The notes under the pieces were generated by a model. It did no database searches. It saw only the letters and a program-made list of their open reading frames with translations, and was not told the DNA's origin. Positions 37,294 to 51,139 of a stretch of DNA of 64,000 bases are shown here, one piece after another; within the stretch, counting starts at the first letter, position 1, and each line of letters starts with the position of its first letter. The translations under genes were made by a program, and so were the position numbers. Source of the stretch: Squalus acanthias (lineage: Eukaryota); assembly GCA_030390025.1 (NCBI GenBank), contig JASTWF010000088.1:248001-312000 (forward strand). The letters are read 5' to 3'.

Positions 37294-37625
37294 ACAGTAC
37301 CACACACCGGCAAGCCACGATTTCAAATCCTCTTTCTTTGGTATGGGGAAGTGAAAATGAGATAAAATAGGAACTTTGATCCGACACATGGGACTGTTCC
37401 AAACAATATTCCATTCATGTCCAAATAAGGAAGTGTTTGTGCTTGTCTGTGGTACAGTAAAAGATTCACTGTCAGCAAGAGAACTGGCCATATAACCACA
37501 GCTTCGATTTGGAAATGACACCATCCCACCTGTGAACAGTATCTGGGGCAACACTGTGCCAACTAACCAATAGGAGCCTTCCAATAGCAATTTCTCATCA
37601 GTTGCTAAGAGCCTGTCACATGCAG
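37294..37625 (-). promoter_or_regulatory. X-Y box module + Ets-IRF composite site + decayed leader exon (pseudogene 1)
   Basis: X1 CTTAGCAACTGATG (37609-37596), 21 nt, CCTATTGG (37574-37567). ATG at 37524. GGAAGTGAAA at 37347-37356. Paralogous to 61505-61735. Confidence 0.7.
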
Positions 37626-40600
37626 CCACTCAAACTGAAGCCTCAGTTGTTAGTGTATGGAAACGAATGCACCAGGGACACTGGATTCGAATAAGATGGC
37701 GAAGGGGCATCTCAGGCTGTGCCTTCCACGAATATCCTTCCATACCGAGGTGATGGTGGAACGACTGCTGCAAGACTCTGGCCTCAAATCACGCCCTTCA
37801 TATACCTGGTAGTTGGACACAGAAAGCAGAGGCTTCCTGCCACAGGAACATAGGAATTGCTGGATAAAAAAAGACCAGGGTCCATGGAGTTCGCCTTCGA
37901 CCATCCCGGTAGTCACATGACACAATGATGGAGCTGTTGACTAATCACAGCCGTCAATCTCAACAACAGACCCAGATACGAGGCGAGGAAACCCCCAGTG
38001 GTGGAGAGCTTTGGGAACCAGAGGTCCAAAGTCACCTGTTCCTCCCGAGCGCGCTCCACTCACCACACATCATGTCTCAAATTACTCATATTGTATCCCA
38101 AAATATTATTTTCCGAAAGAAATCTATTAATTTGTATTTGAATAAATCAATACTAACTGTTTCCACCATCTCCCTAAGGAGCCTTTTCCATAGATTGACC
38201 TCTCGCTCACTGAAATATTGTTTCCACAGATTAGTTTTGAATTTGCTCCTTCGAGTGCAGGCCTTGTCCTCTGATTCTACTGTTCTGGACAAGGTGAAAG
38301 AGCTTGTCACAGTCGACATTATCCCGTCCCTTTAGAATCCTAAAAACAGCAAACATATCACCCCTCAGCCTTCTCTTTTCCAGGAAGGACATGCCCAATT
38401 TACAAAATCACTGCTCATAATCCAATCCCTCCATCCCCTCACTCATTCTGGTCGCACTCTTCTGTATCCTTTCAATAGCTGCTATATCCTTTCTGTATTG
38501 TGATGACCAGAACTGTACACAGTATTCTATTGGAAGAAGCACTGAGAGTAGCAAGGGCACAGAATGTACTCTGGGTGGGGGACTTTAATGTCCATCACCA
38601 AGAGTGGCTCGGTAACACCACTGCCGACCGAGCTGGCCGAGTCCTGAAGGACATAGCTGCCAGTCTGGGCCTGCGACAGGTGGTGCGAGTACTAACACGA
38701 GAGAAAAACCTACTTGAACTCGTCCTCACCAATCTACCTGTTCCAGATGCATCTGTCCATGACAGTATTGGTAGCAATGACCACCCCACAGTCATTGTGG
38801 AGACAAAGTCCCATCTTCACACTGAGGACACCCTCCATCGTGTTGTGTGGCACTACCACCGTGCTAAATGAGATAGATTCAGAACAGATCTAGCAGCTCA
38901 AAACTGGGCATCCATGAGGCGCTGTGGGCCATCAGCAGCAGCAGAATTGTATTCCACCACAATCTGTAACCTCATGGCCAGGCATATCCCTCACTCTACC
39001 ATTATCATCAAGCCAGGGGACCAACCCTAGTTCCATAAGGAGTGTGGAAGAGCATGCCAGGAACAGCACCAGGCATACCTAAAAATGAGGTACCAACCTA
39101 GCACAAAGGAAGAGGCAACACAGGACGACATGCATGCTAAAAAGCAAAAGCAGCATGCTATAGATAGGGATAAGCAATCCCACAATCAACGGATCAGATC
39201 AAAGCTCTGCAGTCCTGCCACATCCAGTCGTGAATGGTGGTGGACCATTAAACAACTAACGGGAGGAGGAGGCTCCATGAATATCCCCATCCACAATGAT
39301 TGTGGAGCCCAGCACGTAAGTGCTGAGCGTTTGCAACCATCTTCAGCCAGAAGTGCCGAGTGGATAATCCATATCGACCTCCTCCTGAGGTTCCCACCAT
39401 CAAAGAAGCCAGTCTTCAGTCAATTCGATTCACTCCACATGATATCTAGAAATGGCTGAGCGCACTGAATACAGCAAAGGCTATGGGCCCCGACAACATC
39501 CGGGCTGTCATGCTGAAGACTTGTGCTCCAGAACTAGCCGTGCCTCTAGCCAAGCTGTTCCATTACAGCTACAACATTGGCACCTATCCGACAATGTGGA
39601 AAACTGCTCAGGTATGTCCTGTCCACAAAAGCAGGACAATTCCAATCCAGCCAATTACCGCCCCATCAGTCTACTCTCAATCATCAGCAAAGTGATGGAA
39701 GGTGTCATCGACAGTGCCATCAAGCAGCACTTACTCACCAATAACCTGCTCACTGATGCCCAGTTTGGGTTCCGCCAAGACCACTCAGCTCCCGACCTCA
39801 TTATAGCCTTGGTCCAAACATGGACAAAGGAGCTGAATTCCAGAGGTGAGCTGAAAGTAACTGCCCTTGACATCAAGGCAGCATTTGACCAAGGGTGGCA
39901 TCAAGGAGCCTTAGTAAAGCTGCAGTCAATGGGAATCAGGGGGGGAAAACTCTCCACTGGTTGGAGTCATACCTCACACAAAGGAAGATGGTTGTGGTGG
40001 TTGAAGGTCAATCATCACAGCCCTAGGACATCACTGCAGGAGTTCCTCAGGGCAGTGTCCTAGGCCCAACCATCTTCAGCTGCTTCATCAATGACCTTCC
40101 CTCCAGCATCAGGTCAGATATGGGGATGTTCGCTGATGACTGCACAGTGTTCAGTGCCATTCACAACTCCTCAGATAATGAAGCAGTCCATGCCCGCATG
40201 CAACAAGACCTGGACGATGTTCAGGCTTGGGCTGATAAATGGCAGGTAACATTCACACCACAGAAGTGCCAGGCAATGACTATCTCCAACAAGCGAGAGT
40301 CTAACTACCGCCCCTTGACATTCAATGGCATTACCATTGCCGAATCCCCCACCATCAATATCCTGGGGGGTCACCATTGACCAGAAACTTAACTGGACCA
40401 ACCACATAAATACTGTGGCGACAAAAGCAGGTCAGAGGCTAGGTATTCTGTGATGAGTGTCTCACCTCCTGACACCCCAAAGCCTTTCCACCATCTACAA
40501 GGCACAAATAAGGAGTGTGATGGAATACTCTCCACTTGCCTGGATGAGTGCAGCTCCAACAGCACACAAGAAGCTCAACACCATCCAGGACAAAGCAGCC

Positions 40601-41687
40601 CGCTTGATTGGCACCCTATCCACCACCTTAAACATTCACTCCCTCCACCACCACCAGCGTACCGTGGCTGCAGTGTGTACCATCTACAAGATGCACTGCA
40701 GCAACTCGCCAAGGCTTCTTCAGCAGCACCTCCCAAACCCGCGACCTCTTCCACCTAGAAGGACAAGGGCAGCAGGCGCATGGGAACACCACCATCTCCA
40801 AGTTCCCCTCCAAGTCACACACCCTCCTGACTTAGAAGTATATCGCCAATCCTTCATCATCGCTGGGTCAAAATCCTGGAACTCCCTACCTAACAGCACT
40901 GTGGGAGTACCTTCACCACATGGAATTCTTCTTCTTAGGCAGTCCCTCAGAACCGAGGATGACTTGCTTCCACACTAAAAATGAGTTCTCAGGTGACTGA
41001 TGAATCCAATGCGGGACCTACAGTCTCTGTCACAGGTGGGGCAGACGGTGGTTGAAGGGGCGGGTGGGTGGGGTGCTTGGGTTGACGTGCGCTCCTTGCG
41101 CTGCCTGCGCTTGGCTTCCGCTTGCTCCCGGCGAAGAGACTCGAGGTGTTCGGCGCCTTCCCGGATGCTTCTCCTCCACTTTGTGCGGTCTTGGGCCAGG
41201 GATTCCCAGGTGTCGGTGGGGATGTTGCACTTTTTCAAGGAGGCTTTGAGGGTGTCCTTGAAGTGTTTCCTCTGCCCAACTGGGGCTCTCTTGCTGTGTC
41301 GGAGCTCCAATTAGTGCGCTTGTTTTGGGAGTCGCATATCGGGCATGCGGACGATGTGGCCCGTCCATCGGAGCTGATCGAGCGTGGTCAAAGCTTCGAT
41401 GCTGGGGATGTTGGCCTAAGTGAGAACACTGACGTTGGTGCGCCTATCCTGCCAATGGATTTGCAGGATCGTGCGGAGTCAGCGTTGGTGGTACCTCTCC
41501 AGTGCTTTGCGGTGCCTGCTGTACATGGTCCATGTCTCTGAAGCATACAGCAGGGTGGGTATCACTACTGCTCTGTAGACCATGAGCTTGGTGCTGGGTT
41601 TGAGATCCTGGTCTTCAAACACTCTCTTCCTCAGGAGACCGAAGGCTGCACTGGCACACTGACGGCAGTGTTGGACTTAGTCATCGA

Positions 41688-44600
41688 AAGAGTTGGTGCA
41701 GGAGGGAGGGCATTAGTTCCCTGGATCACTGAGTCTGCTTCTGGGGAAGGTGGGATCTGTACAAGTCGGACGGGCTGCACCTAAACTGGAACGGGACCAA
41801 CATCCTTGCGGGGAGGTTTGCTAGTACTGTTGTGGGGGGCGGGGGGGTTTAAACTAACTTGGCAGGGGGATGGGATACGGAGTGGAGCTATAGTAGGGGG
41901 TGATGCACAGCCAAATATAGAGGAAAAAACAAGTCAGCCTGGAAGGCAGAGCAAATATGTAATGGCACAAGGGAGTATGGCAAGACTGGGTGGCATTTAT
42001 TTTAATGCAAGGAGTCTTGCGAGTAAGGCAGATGAATTGAAGGTGTTGATGAACACATGAGAGTATGATATTGTTGCTATCACAGAGACATGGTTGAGGG
42101 AGGGGCAGGACTGGCAGCTCAATATTCCGGGGTATAGAATCTTCAGGCGAGACAGAGGGAGGTGTAAAAGAGGAGGGGGTGTCGCAATATTAATCAAGGA
42201 GTTAATTACTGCTGTAAGGAGATTTGATATCTCAGCAGGTTCCTCTAATGAGGCCATATGGGTAGAACTTAAAAACAAAAAGGGGGCAAGCACTTTGCTG
42301 GGAGTGTACTATAGGCCCCCAAACAGTCAGGGGGAGATAGAGGAACAGATATGTAGGCAAATCTCAGAGAAGTGTAGAAATAATAGGATAATAATAGTAG
42401 GGGATTTCAACTTCCCCAATATTAACTGGGATAGTCAGAGTGTGAAAGGCTTAGAGGGTGCGGAATTCTTAAAGTGCATCCAGGAGAGCTTTTTGAGTCA
42501 GCATGTAGAAAGTCCTACAAGAGAGGGGGCGGTACTGGACCTAATTCTAGGGAATGTAGCTGGGCAAGTGGTAGAAGTGTCAGTAGGAGAGCATTTTGGT
42601 GACAGTGACCATAATTCGGTGAGATTTAAAGTAGTCATGGAAAAGGACAAAGGGCTGGACCGGAAATCAAGGTTCTAAATTGGGGAAGGCCGATTTTAAT
42701 ATGATAAGGCAGGATCTGGCCAAAGTGGATTGGGATAAACTACTTGTAGGAAAATCCACATCAGAGAAGTGGGAGCCTTTCAGAAAGGAAATAGAGAGAG
42801 TACAACGGCAACATGTTCCCGTAAAGGTCAAGGGTGGGACCAACAAGCCCAGGGAACCCTGGATGTCAAGGGATATACAAGAATGGATTCGGAAAAAAAG
42901 GGAGGCTTTTGGCAGATAAAAAGGACTAAAAACAGTGGAAGCTCTAGAGGAATATAGAAAGTGCAGGGGGGTGCTTAAAAAGGAAATTAGGAGAGCGAAG
43001 AGGGGACATGAAAAAACACTGGCGGGCAAAATAAAGGAAAATCCCAAGGTGTTTTATAAGTATATTAAGGGCAAGAGGATAACCAGGGAAAGAGTAGGGC
43101 CCATTAGGGACCAAAGTGGCAATCTGTGTGTAGAGCCGGAAGATGTGGGTGAAGTTTTAAATGAATATTTTGCATCTGTGTTCACTATGGAGAAGGACGA
43201 TGTAGGCATAGAAATCAGGCAGGGGGATTATGATATAGTTGAACAAATTAGTATTGAGTGGGAGGAGGTACTAGCGGTTTTAGCGGGCTTAAAAGTGGAT
43301 AAATCCCCAGGCCCAGATGAGATGTATCCCAGGCTGCTGTGTGAGGCAAGGGAGGAGATTGCAGGGGCTCTGGCACAAATTTTCAGAACTGCTCTGGCCA
43401 CAGGGGAGGTGCCAGAAGACTGGGGAAACATAGAAACATAGAATCTAGGAGCAGGAGTAGGCCATTCGGCCCGTCGAGCCTGCTCCACCATTCAATACGA
43501 TCATGGCTGATCATCCAAATCCAGTACCCTGTCCCTGCTTTAATCCCCACAGTACACATATCCCAACCTACCCCCGTAACCCCACGTATTTCATTCCCCC
43601 TAACATATCCCATCCTATCCCCATAACCCCACATATTTAATCCCCCCCTAACACTAAGGGTCAATTTATCATAGCCAAATCAACCTAACCCGCACATTTT
43701 TGGACTGTGGGAGGAAACCGGAGCACCCGGAGGAAACCCACGCAGACACGGGGAGAATGTGCAAACTCCACACAGACAGTCACCCGAGGTCAGATTCGAA
43801 CCCAGGTCCCTGGCGCTGTGAGGCTAACGTAGTACCATTATTCAAGAAGGGTAGTAGGGATAAACCAGGGAATTACAGGCCAGTGAGCCTAACATCAGTG
43901 GTCGGGAAATTATTGGAAAAAATTCTGAGGGACAGAATTAGTCTCCACTTGGAGAGGCAAGGATGAGTCAAGAATAGTCAGCATGGCTTTGTCAGGGGGA
44001 GATCATGTCTAACCAATTTGATTTAATTTTTCGAGGAGGTGACTAGGTGTGTGGATGAGGGTAGTGCAGTTGATGTAGTTGACATGGACTTCAGTAAGGC
44101 TTTTGACAAAGTCCCGCATGGGAGACTGGTCAAGTAGGTAAGAGCCCATGGGATTCAGGGCAATTTGGCACATTGGATCCAAAATTGGCTTAGTGGCAGG
44201 AGGCAGAGGGTGCTGGTTGAAGGTTGTTTTTGTGACTGGAAGCCTGTGTCCAGTGGTGTACCGCAGGGATCGGTGCTGGGTCCTTTGCTGTTTGTAGTGT
44301 ACATTAATGATTTAGATATGAATGTAGGAGGTATGATCAGTAAGTTTGCAGATGAAATGAAAATTGGTGGAGTGGTAAATAGCGAGGAGGGAAGCCTCAG
44401 GCTACAGGACAATATAGATGGGTTGGTTAGATGGGCAGAACAGTGGCAAATGGAATTTAACCCTGAAAAGTGTGAGCTGATGCATTTTGGGAGGACTAAC
44501 AAGGCAAGGGAATACACAATGAATGGTAGGACCCTAGGAAGGACAGAGGATCAGAGGGACCTTGCTGTGCATGTACATATATCCCTGAAGGCAGCAGAAC

Positions 44601-45262
44601 AGGTAGATAAGGTGGTTAAAAAGACATATGAGGTAATTGCCTTCATTAGCCGAGGCATAGAATATAAGAGCAGGGAGGTTATGGTGGAGCTGTACAAAAC
44701 GCCAGTTAGGCCACAGCTGGAATACTGTGTGCAGTTCTGGTCGCCACACTATAGGAAGGTTGTGATTGCATTGGAGAGGGTGCCGAGGAGATTCACCAGG
44801 ATGTTACCTGGGCTGGAGCATTTCAGCTATGAGGAGAGACTGGACAGGCTGAGGCTGTTTTCCTTAGAGCAGAGAAGGCTGAGGGGGGACCTGATTGAGG
44901 TGTACAAAATTATGAGGGGCATAGATAGGGTAGATAGAAAGAAACTTTTCCCCTTAGTAGAGGGGTCAATAACCAGGGGGCATAGTTTCAAGGTAAGGGG
45001 CAGGAGGTTTAGAGGGGATTTGAGGAAAAACTTTTTCACCCAGAGGGTGGTTGGAATCTGGAATTCACTGCCTGAAAGGGTGGTAGAGGCAGGAACCCTC
45101 ACAACATTCAAGAAGCATTTACATGAGCACTTGAAACGCCATAGCATACAAGGCTACGGACCAAGTGCTGGAAAATGGAATTAGAATAGAGAGGGCTTGA
45201 TGGCCGGCGCGGACACGATGGGCCGAAGGGCCTCTTTCTGTGCTGTATAAATCTATGACTCT
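41688..45262 (+). mobile_element. CR1 LINE nested in the RTE element
   Basis: FNARSL, YYRPP, GDFN, KSPGPD, GVPQGSVLGP; tail TCTATGACTCTATG. Confidence 0.88.
43426..43824 (-). mobile_element. HE1/V-SINE-type SINE nested in the CR1
   Basis: Near-identical to 35379-35809; interrupts the CR1 reading frame between EDW and ANVVPLFKKG. Confidence 0.8.
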
Positions 45263-46815
45263 ATGTCTGCCCTTGTTGACAGTAGGCTCCCGAGGTATGG
45301 AAAGTGGTCCACGTTGTCCAAGGCCTCGTTATGGATTTTGATAATCGGGGAGCTGTACTGTGTGGCAGGGGCAGGTTGGTAGAGGACCCTTGTCTTACGG
45401 ATGTTTAATGTAAGGCCCATGCTCTCGTACACTTCGGTGAAGGTGTTGACGATGGTTTGGAGTTCGGCCTCAGTGTGTGTGCAGACGCAAGCGTCGTCTG
45501 CATACTGTAATTCAATGACAGAGGATGGGATGACCTTGGATCTGGACTGGAGGCGACGGAGGTTGAACAGTTTCCCGTTTGTTCTGTAGATTAGCTCCAC
45601 TCCAGTGGGGAGCTTACTGAGGGTGAGATGGAGCATTGCAGCAAGGAAGATTGAGAAGAGCGTTGGTGCGATGACATAGCCTTGCTTGACCCCGGTCCGT
45701 ACGTGAATTGGTTCTGTGGTGGATCCATTGGTCAGGACGGTTCAAGAAGGCAACTCACCAACCCCTTCTCAAGGTCAATTAGGGATGGGACATAAATGCT
45801 GGCCTTGACAGCGATGCCCACATCCCATAAAAAAGGAATTAAAAAAACATTTTTAAAAGTGCTGCCGCACCAATGATTTATAACGTGGCAGGATTTCCTC
45901 ACTATTTCAGCACAGTAGCGACCTGTTAATACATCCCAACTTCTGATTTGCTTTCCTCACTGCCACTGAGCATTGTTGCGACAGTTTCAATTTATTGTCA
46001 GTCAGGACTCCCCAATCTCAGTCATTTTCCATGCACATTATTCTCTTTCCATTTAAGTAATTGTCTCTTCCTGGATTTTTTGTCCCCATGTGAAGCACTT
46101 TGCATTTCTCTACATTGAATTTCATCTGCCACCTGTCTGCCCAATTCCCAACTTTGTTCAATTGCTCCTGTAGCTTATCCTGTTCAGTTTTGGAGTCTAC
46201 CACCTTCATTAGCTTTGTATCACCTGCAGATTTAGCCACTGTACTCATGACTCCTATCTCCAGACCATTGATGAAGATATTAAAGAAAAGAGGTCCCAAA
46301 ACAGACCGCTGTGGGACCCCATTAGTAACATTCTCCCAGGCTGAGACAATTCCTGATTCACTATCCTCTCAGTTCAGTCAACCAATTATGTATCCATCAT
46401 AAAATATTTCCACTGATTCCCACTTTCTTTATTCTCAGTACCAGCCTCTCCAGAGGAATTGTATCGAAGGCCTTACTGAAATCCAAGTTCACCACATCCA
46501 CCCTTAAAGAAAACCAGTGAGTTAGATCGGCGAGACCCTGTTCAACCACTGTCCACAGATCTCCAGGAAAGAACACCTGCAGCACAGAGACTCCCCATAA
46601 TATATTAAACACTGTCAGCTGAAGGGAGGCAGCCTTTTCCGCATTCTCCATAGGTCTGTTAGCTTTCTCCCCAGTTTGGTGCAATGGAATCCTCCCAGGA
46701 ACATTCCCTATGGGTGAACTTTGAACCTGGCACAAGAAGGGGATCATCAGGGTTGACGCTCTCCTCACCAAAAGCCCGATCCCACCCTCCCTACACTGAG
46801 CTGACAAAGTCTCAC

Positions 46816-46934
46816 CCTCGCCCTACTGCTGTGTGAGCTCCAAGGTAATCCGGCCCCAAACAGTACCTCCAGCAGAACCCAGCAAACACATCTCCATCCT
46901 GAGCATCTCCATCTCAGAAAATGACACACAAAGC
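46816..46934 (-). pseudogene. Degenerate class II beta TM-like exon (pseudogene 2)
   Basis: SEMEMLRMEMCLLGSAGGTVWGRITLELTQQ*GE aligns ungapped, to the same phase-1 donor, with PESERTKIIIGSLGFGFGLIILLAGVIMRLKNAK. G|GTGAG donor. Confidence 0.45.
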
Positions 46935-47144
46935 CTGAAGGGGCCCTGGGAATGAGACCCAGAACAGAAAAGCAGAGAGGTGTGTAACAAAGTGTGCAAA
47001 GGCCAACTGAAGATCAGACACTTAATGTACCAGACCCCTCACAACCACCACAAATCCCAGCCAGACGGATGGTGTCCAAAGGAACCGTCTGTGACCAAAA
47101 GGTCACACAGTCCACGGCTTTGTACCATACGATTCCAACCTGTG

Positions 47145-47432
47145 ACCAGGTCACACTGGTCCATGGCTTTGTACTATGAAGTGTGTTAACAAAATGTGTA
47201 CAAGTTTCTGGACAAAAAGGGCAGAGGTGACGGCTTCATACTAAGTGGGCCCCATGCCAGGTTCTCGAGTGTGTCAGTGATCCCATATACAGCATTGAAA
47301 GCATCACGGGCAGGATCCTGCTCCTCATAGATCCTCCTGATTGTTATCACATACAAACACCATGTTATCTACAAAACAATGGCTTCAAACTGGGATTGAG
47401 AGAACTCTGATGCCAGACTGACTGTAACTGCC
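47145..47432 (-). pseudogene. Degenerate Ig-C1 (beta-2-like) exon (pseudogene 2)
   Basis: One frame gives QFEAIVL*ITW...TDTLENLAW...NLYTF. This matches the spacing of GFYPAKITVTW and NGDW-x17-Y-x-C; the F codon TTT is one change from TGT. Confidence 0.45.
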
Positions 47433-50400
47433 AAAGCAAAATACTGTGGATGCTGGAATTCTGAAATAAAAACAGGTCTGGCAGTATCTGTGGAGAGAGA
47501 AACAGAGTTAACGTTGCAGGTCGATGACCTTTCATCAGAACTGGAAAAAGTTAGAGATGTAACAGGTTTTAAGCAAGTGCAGAGGCAGGGAAAGGGGAAA
47601 GGGAGAAAAGAACAAAAGGGAAGATCTGTGATAGGACAGAAGGCAGGAGAGATTAAATGACAAATGGGATGATAGTGCAAGGCAAGAGAGGATGGTAATA
47701 GGACAAATAAAGAAACAAAAGATGGGACTAGAGGAGGTGTAAATGGCCGCAGGAGAATCATTACCAACAGCTGTTGTCCGAAAAAATGGGAGCAGTGGTT
47801 ATGATCTGAAATTTTTGAACTCAATGTTGAGTCCGGAAGGCTGTAGAGTGCCTAAACGAAAGATGAAATGCTGTTCCTCGAGCTTGCATTGAGCTTAATT
47901 ACAACAGTGTAGGAGACCGAGGACGGAGAGATCAGAGTGGGACTGGGGCAGAGATTTAAAGTGACAGACAACTGGAAGCTCAGGATCACACTTGCGGACT
48001 GAACAGAAGTGTTCAGTAAAGCGATCACCCAATGTAAAGGAGACTGCATTGTGAGCAGCAAATACAGTATGCTAAATTGAAAGTACAACAAGTAAATCGT
48101 TGTTTCACCTGGAAGGAGTGTCAGGAGCCCTGGACAGTGGGAAGGGAGGAGGTAAAGGGGCAGGTGTTGCATCTCCAGCGCTTGCATGAGAAGGTGCCGT
48201 GGGAAGGGGAGGGAGTGTTGGAGGTGATTGAAGAGTGGACCATGGTGTCGCAGAGGGAATGCTGAAAGGGGAGGGGAGGGGAAGAGATGTTTGGTGGTGG
48301 TATCATGCTAGAGGTGGCGGAAATGGCGGAGGATGATCCGTTGACTGTGGAGGCTGGTGGGGTGGAAGGTGAGGACAAGGGAAACATAAGAAATAGAACA
48401 TAAAAACATAAGAAATAAGAGCAAGAGTACGCCATATGGCCCCTCGAGCCTGCTCCACCATTCAATAAGATCATGGTTGATCATCCACTTTCCCGCCCGA
48501 TCTCCATATCCCTTGATTCCCCTAGAGTCCAAAAATCTATCTATCTCAGTCTTGAATATACTCAAAGACTCAGCATTTATCCCTACTCTCTGTTTTCTGT
48601 CCATTAACCAATCCTCTATCCATGCTATTATATAACCCCCAACTCCATGAGCCCTAATCTTGTGTAATAACCTTTTATGTGGCACCTTATCAAATGCCTT
48701 TTGGAAATCCAAATATACTACATCCACTGGTTCCCCTTTATCTACCCTGCTAGTTACATCCTCAAAAAACTCTAATAAATTTGTCACACGATTTTCCGTT
48801 CATAAAACCATGTTGACTCTGCCTAAACATGTTATGATTTTCTAAGTGACTTGATACCACTTCCTTAACAATGGATTCCAGCATTTTCCCGAAGACTGAT
48901 GTCAGGCTAACTGGCCTGTAGTTCCTTGTTTTTTTTCTCCCTCCTTTCTTGAATAGCGGTGTTACACTTGCGACCTTCCAATCCACTGGGACCATTCTAG
49001 AATCTAGGGAATTTTGATAGATCAAAACCAATGCATCCACTATTTCTTCAGCCACTTCTTTTAGAACCCCAGGATGTAGGCCGTCAGGTCCAGGGGATTT
49101 GTCGGCTTTTAGTTCCATTAGTTTCTCTAGTACTTTTTCTCTACTTATATTAATTACGTTAAGTTCCTCACCCTCATTAGACCCTTGGTTCCCCCCATTT
49201 TTGGTATGCTTTTTGTGTCTTCTACTGTGAAGACAGATACAAAATATTTGTTTAACGTTTCTGCCATTTCCTTATTCCCTAGAATAATTTCTCCTGTCTC
49301 AGCCTCTAAGGGACCAATGTTTACTTTTGCTATTCTCTTCCTTTTTACATACTTGTAGCAGCTCTTACAATCTGCTTTTATATTTCTTGCTAGTTTTCTC
49401 TCATATTCTATTTTTCCCTTTTTATCAATTTTTTGGTCATCCTTTGCTGGTTTCTGAAACTCTCCCAATCCTCAGGCTAACTATTATTATTTGCAACATT
49501 ATAAGCTTCTTCTTTCAATCTAATGCTATCCTTAACTTCTTTAGTTTTCACGGTTGGATCACTTTTCCTGTGGAGTTTTTGTTTCTCAATGGAATGTATT
49601 TTTGTTGAGAATTATGAAATATTTCTTTAAATGCTAGCCACTGCTTATCTTTTGGCATACCGTTTAATCTATTTTTCCAATCTACCTTAGCCAACTCGCC
49701 CCTCATACCTATGTAATTGGCTTTATTTAAGTTTAAGACTCTAGTTTCGGACTTAGGCAAGTCACTCTCAAAATTAATGTGAATTTATATCATATTATGA
49801 TCACTCTGCCCGAAAGGATCCTTTACTATAAGATTGCTAATTAACCCTGTCTCATTACACAATACAAGATCTAAAATAGCCTGTTCCCTGGTTGGTTCCA
49901 TGATGTATTGTTCTAGGAAACTGTCCCGAATTCATTCCATAAACTCATCCTCCAGACTACCTTTGCCAATTTGATTTGTCCAGTCTATATGAAGATTAAA
50001 GTCCCCCACGATAGGGAACCCTATCATGGTTCTGGGAGGGAGGGGAAGGGGTAAGAACAGAAATGTGGGAAATAGAACGGACACAGTCGAGGGCCCTTTC
50101 AATCATGGTGGGGAGGAATCCTGAGTTGAGGAAGAAGGAAGACATATCGGAAGCACTGATATGGAAGGTGGCATCGTCAGAACAGATGCAACGGAGAAAT
50201 TGGGAGAATGGAATAGAGTCCTTACAGGAAGCGAGGTTGGAGGAAGTGTAGTCAAGATAGCTGTGGGAGTCAGTAGATACTGGTTGACAGCCTATCCCCA
50301 GAAATGGAGACAGAGAAGTCGAGGAAGGGAAGGGAAGAGTCGGAGATGGATCATGTGAAGGCGAGGGAAGGGTGGAAATTGGAAGCTAAGTGATGACATT

Positions 50401-50820
50401 TTCCAGTTCAGGGTGAGAGCAGGAAACGGCAACAATACAGTGATCTATGTCCCAGAAAAAGAGGTGAGGGAGGGGACCTGAGTAGAACTGGAACAAAGAA
50501 TGTGCCATATATCCCACGAAAAGGCAGGCACAGCTAGGACCAATGTTCCCGTGTTGCTGCGCGGCCGCGATGTCGCCCAGCTGTTTGAAGCTCCCGCGCA
50601 GGCCACTTGCCGGTGTCTCAATGGAATAACCGCGCATGCGCGGAAGTTTGAATGGACCGGGCATCCCCTTAAAGGGGCTGCGTACCGTAAAAAAATTTTT
50701 TTTTACAGGATAATTGGCTAGGACCCATTCGGGTTCCCATAGGGGGAAGTGAGTGGAGTCAAAGGAGAAGATATTCAATGTGAGAACAAGTTCAGCCAGA
50801 AGGAGGAGGGTGGTGGTGGA
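47433..50820 (-). mobile_element. Penelope-like element fragments (47433-48385, about 50010-50820) split by a CR1 (about 48385-50010)
   Basis: GTFSCKRWRCNTC zinc motif, GIY-YIG remnants, degenerate hammerhead near 47505-47545; CR1 RT motifs in between. Confidence 0.75.
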
Positions 50821-51139
50821 AGGGGACTTTATTATTAAGTTGCTGGTATGTTTACACAGGATTGAGAAACACAGATCGTGCGAAGGCAGTTCAGCTTGGG
50901 CTCTATTGTGCAGGGAGGGGGAAGGGCTTGAGTGGAAAATCCCCGACTACAAACAGCAGATAAACAGATTTACCAATGTCTCAACTTGCATGGTGTAATT
51001 AATGTGCTAGTAAAATGAACACACTCCAGCCAATTAAATTGCACATCTGCAATGTGCCATCTGTTGCCAGGCAGGATGTGTTTTTAAGGTTTCATTTGGA
51101 TACAGAGGATTTCATTATCAACATATGGTCTGTAGAGAC

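Larger units (their letters stand above)
40927..45735 (-). mobile_element. RTE-clade LINE (40927-41687 and 45263-45735), (GAA)n tail
   Basis: ELQYADD, FPYLGS, GQRKHFKDTLK, WESLAQDR, CPTC..C.SRIG..SH.RTH. Confidence 0.82.
38530..45830 (+). mobile_element. APE-RT LINE (38530-40925 and 45736-45830) split by nested insertions
   Basis: VGDFNVHH, NYRPISLL, LDIKAAFD and MFADD; 3' end resumes at 45736. Further fragments at about 52185-52355, 53035-54740 and 57580-58470. Confidence 0.8.
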
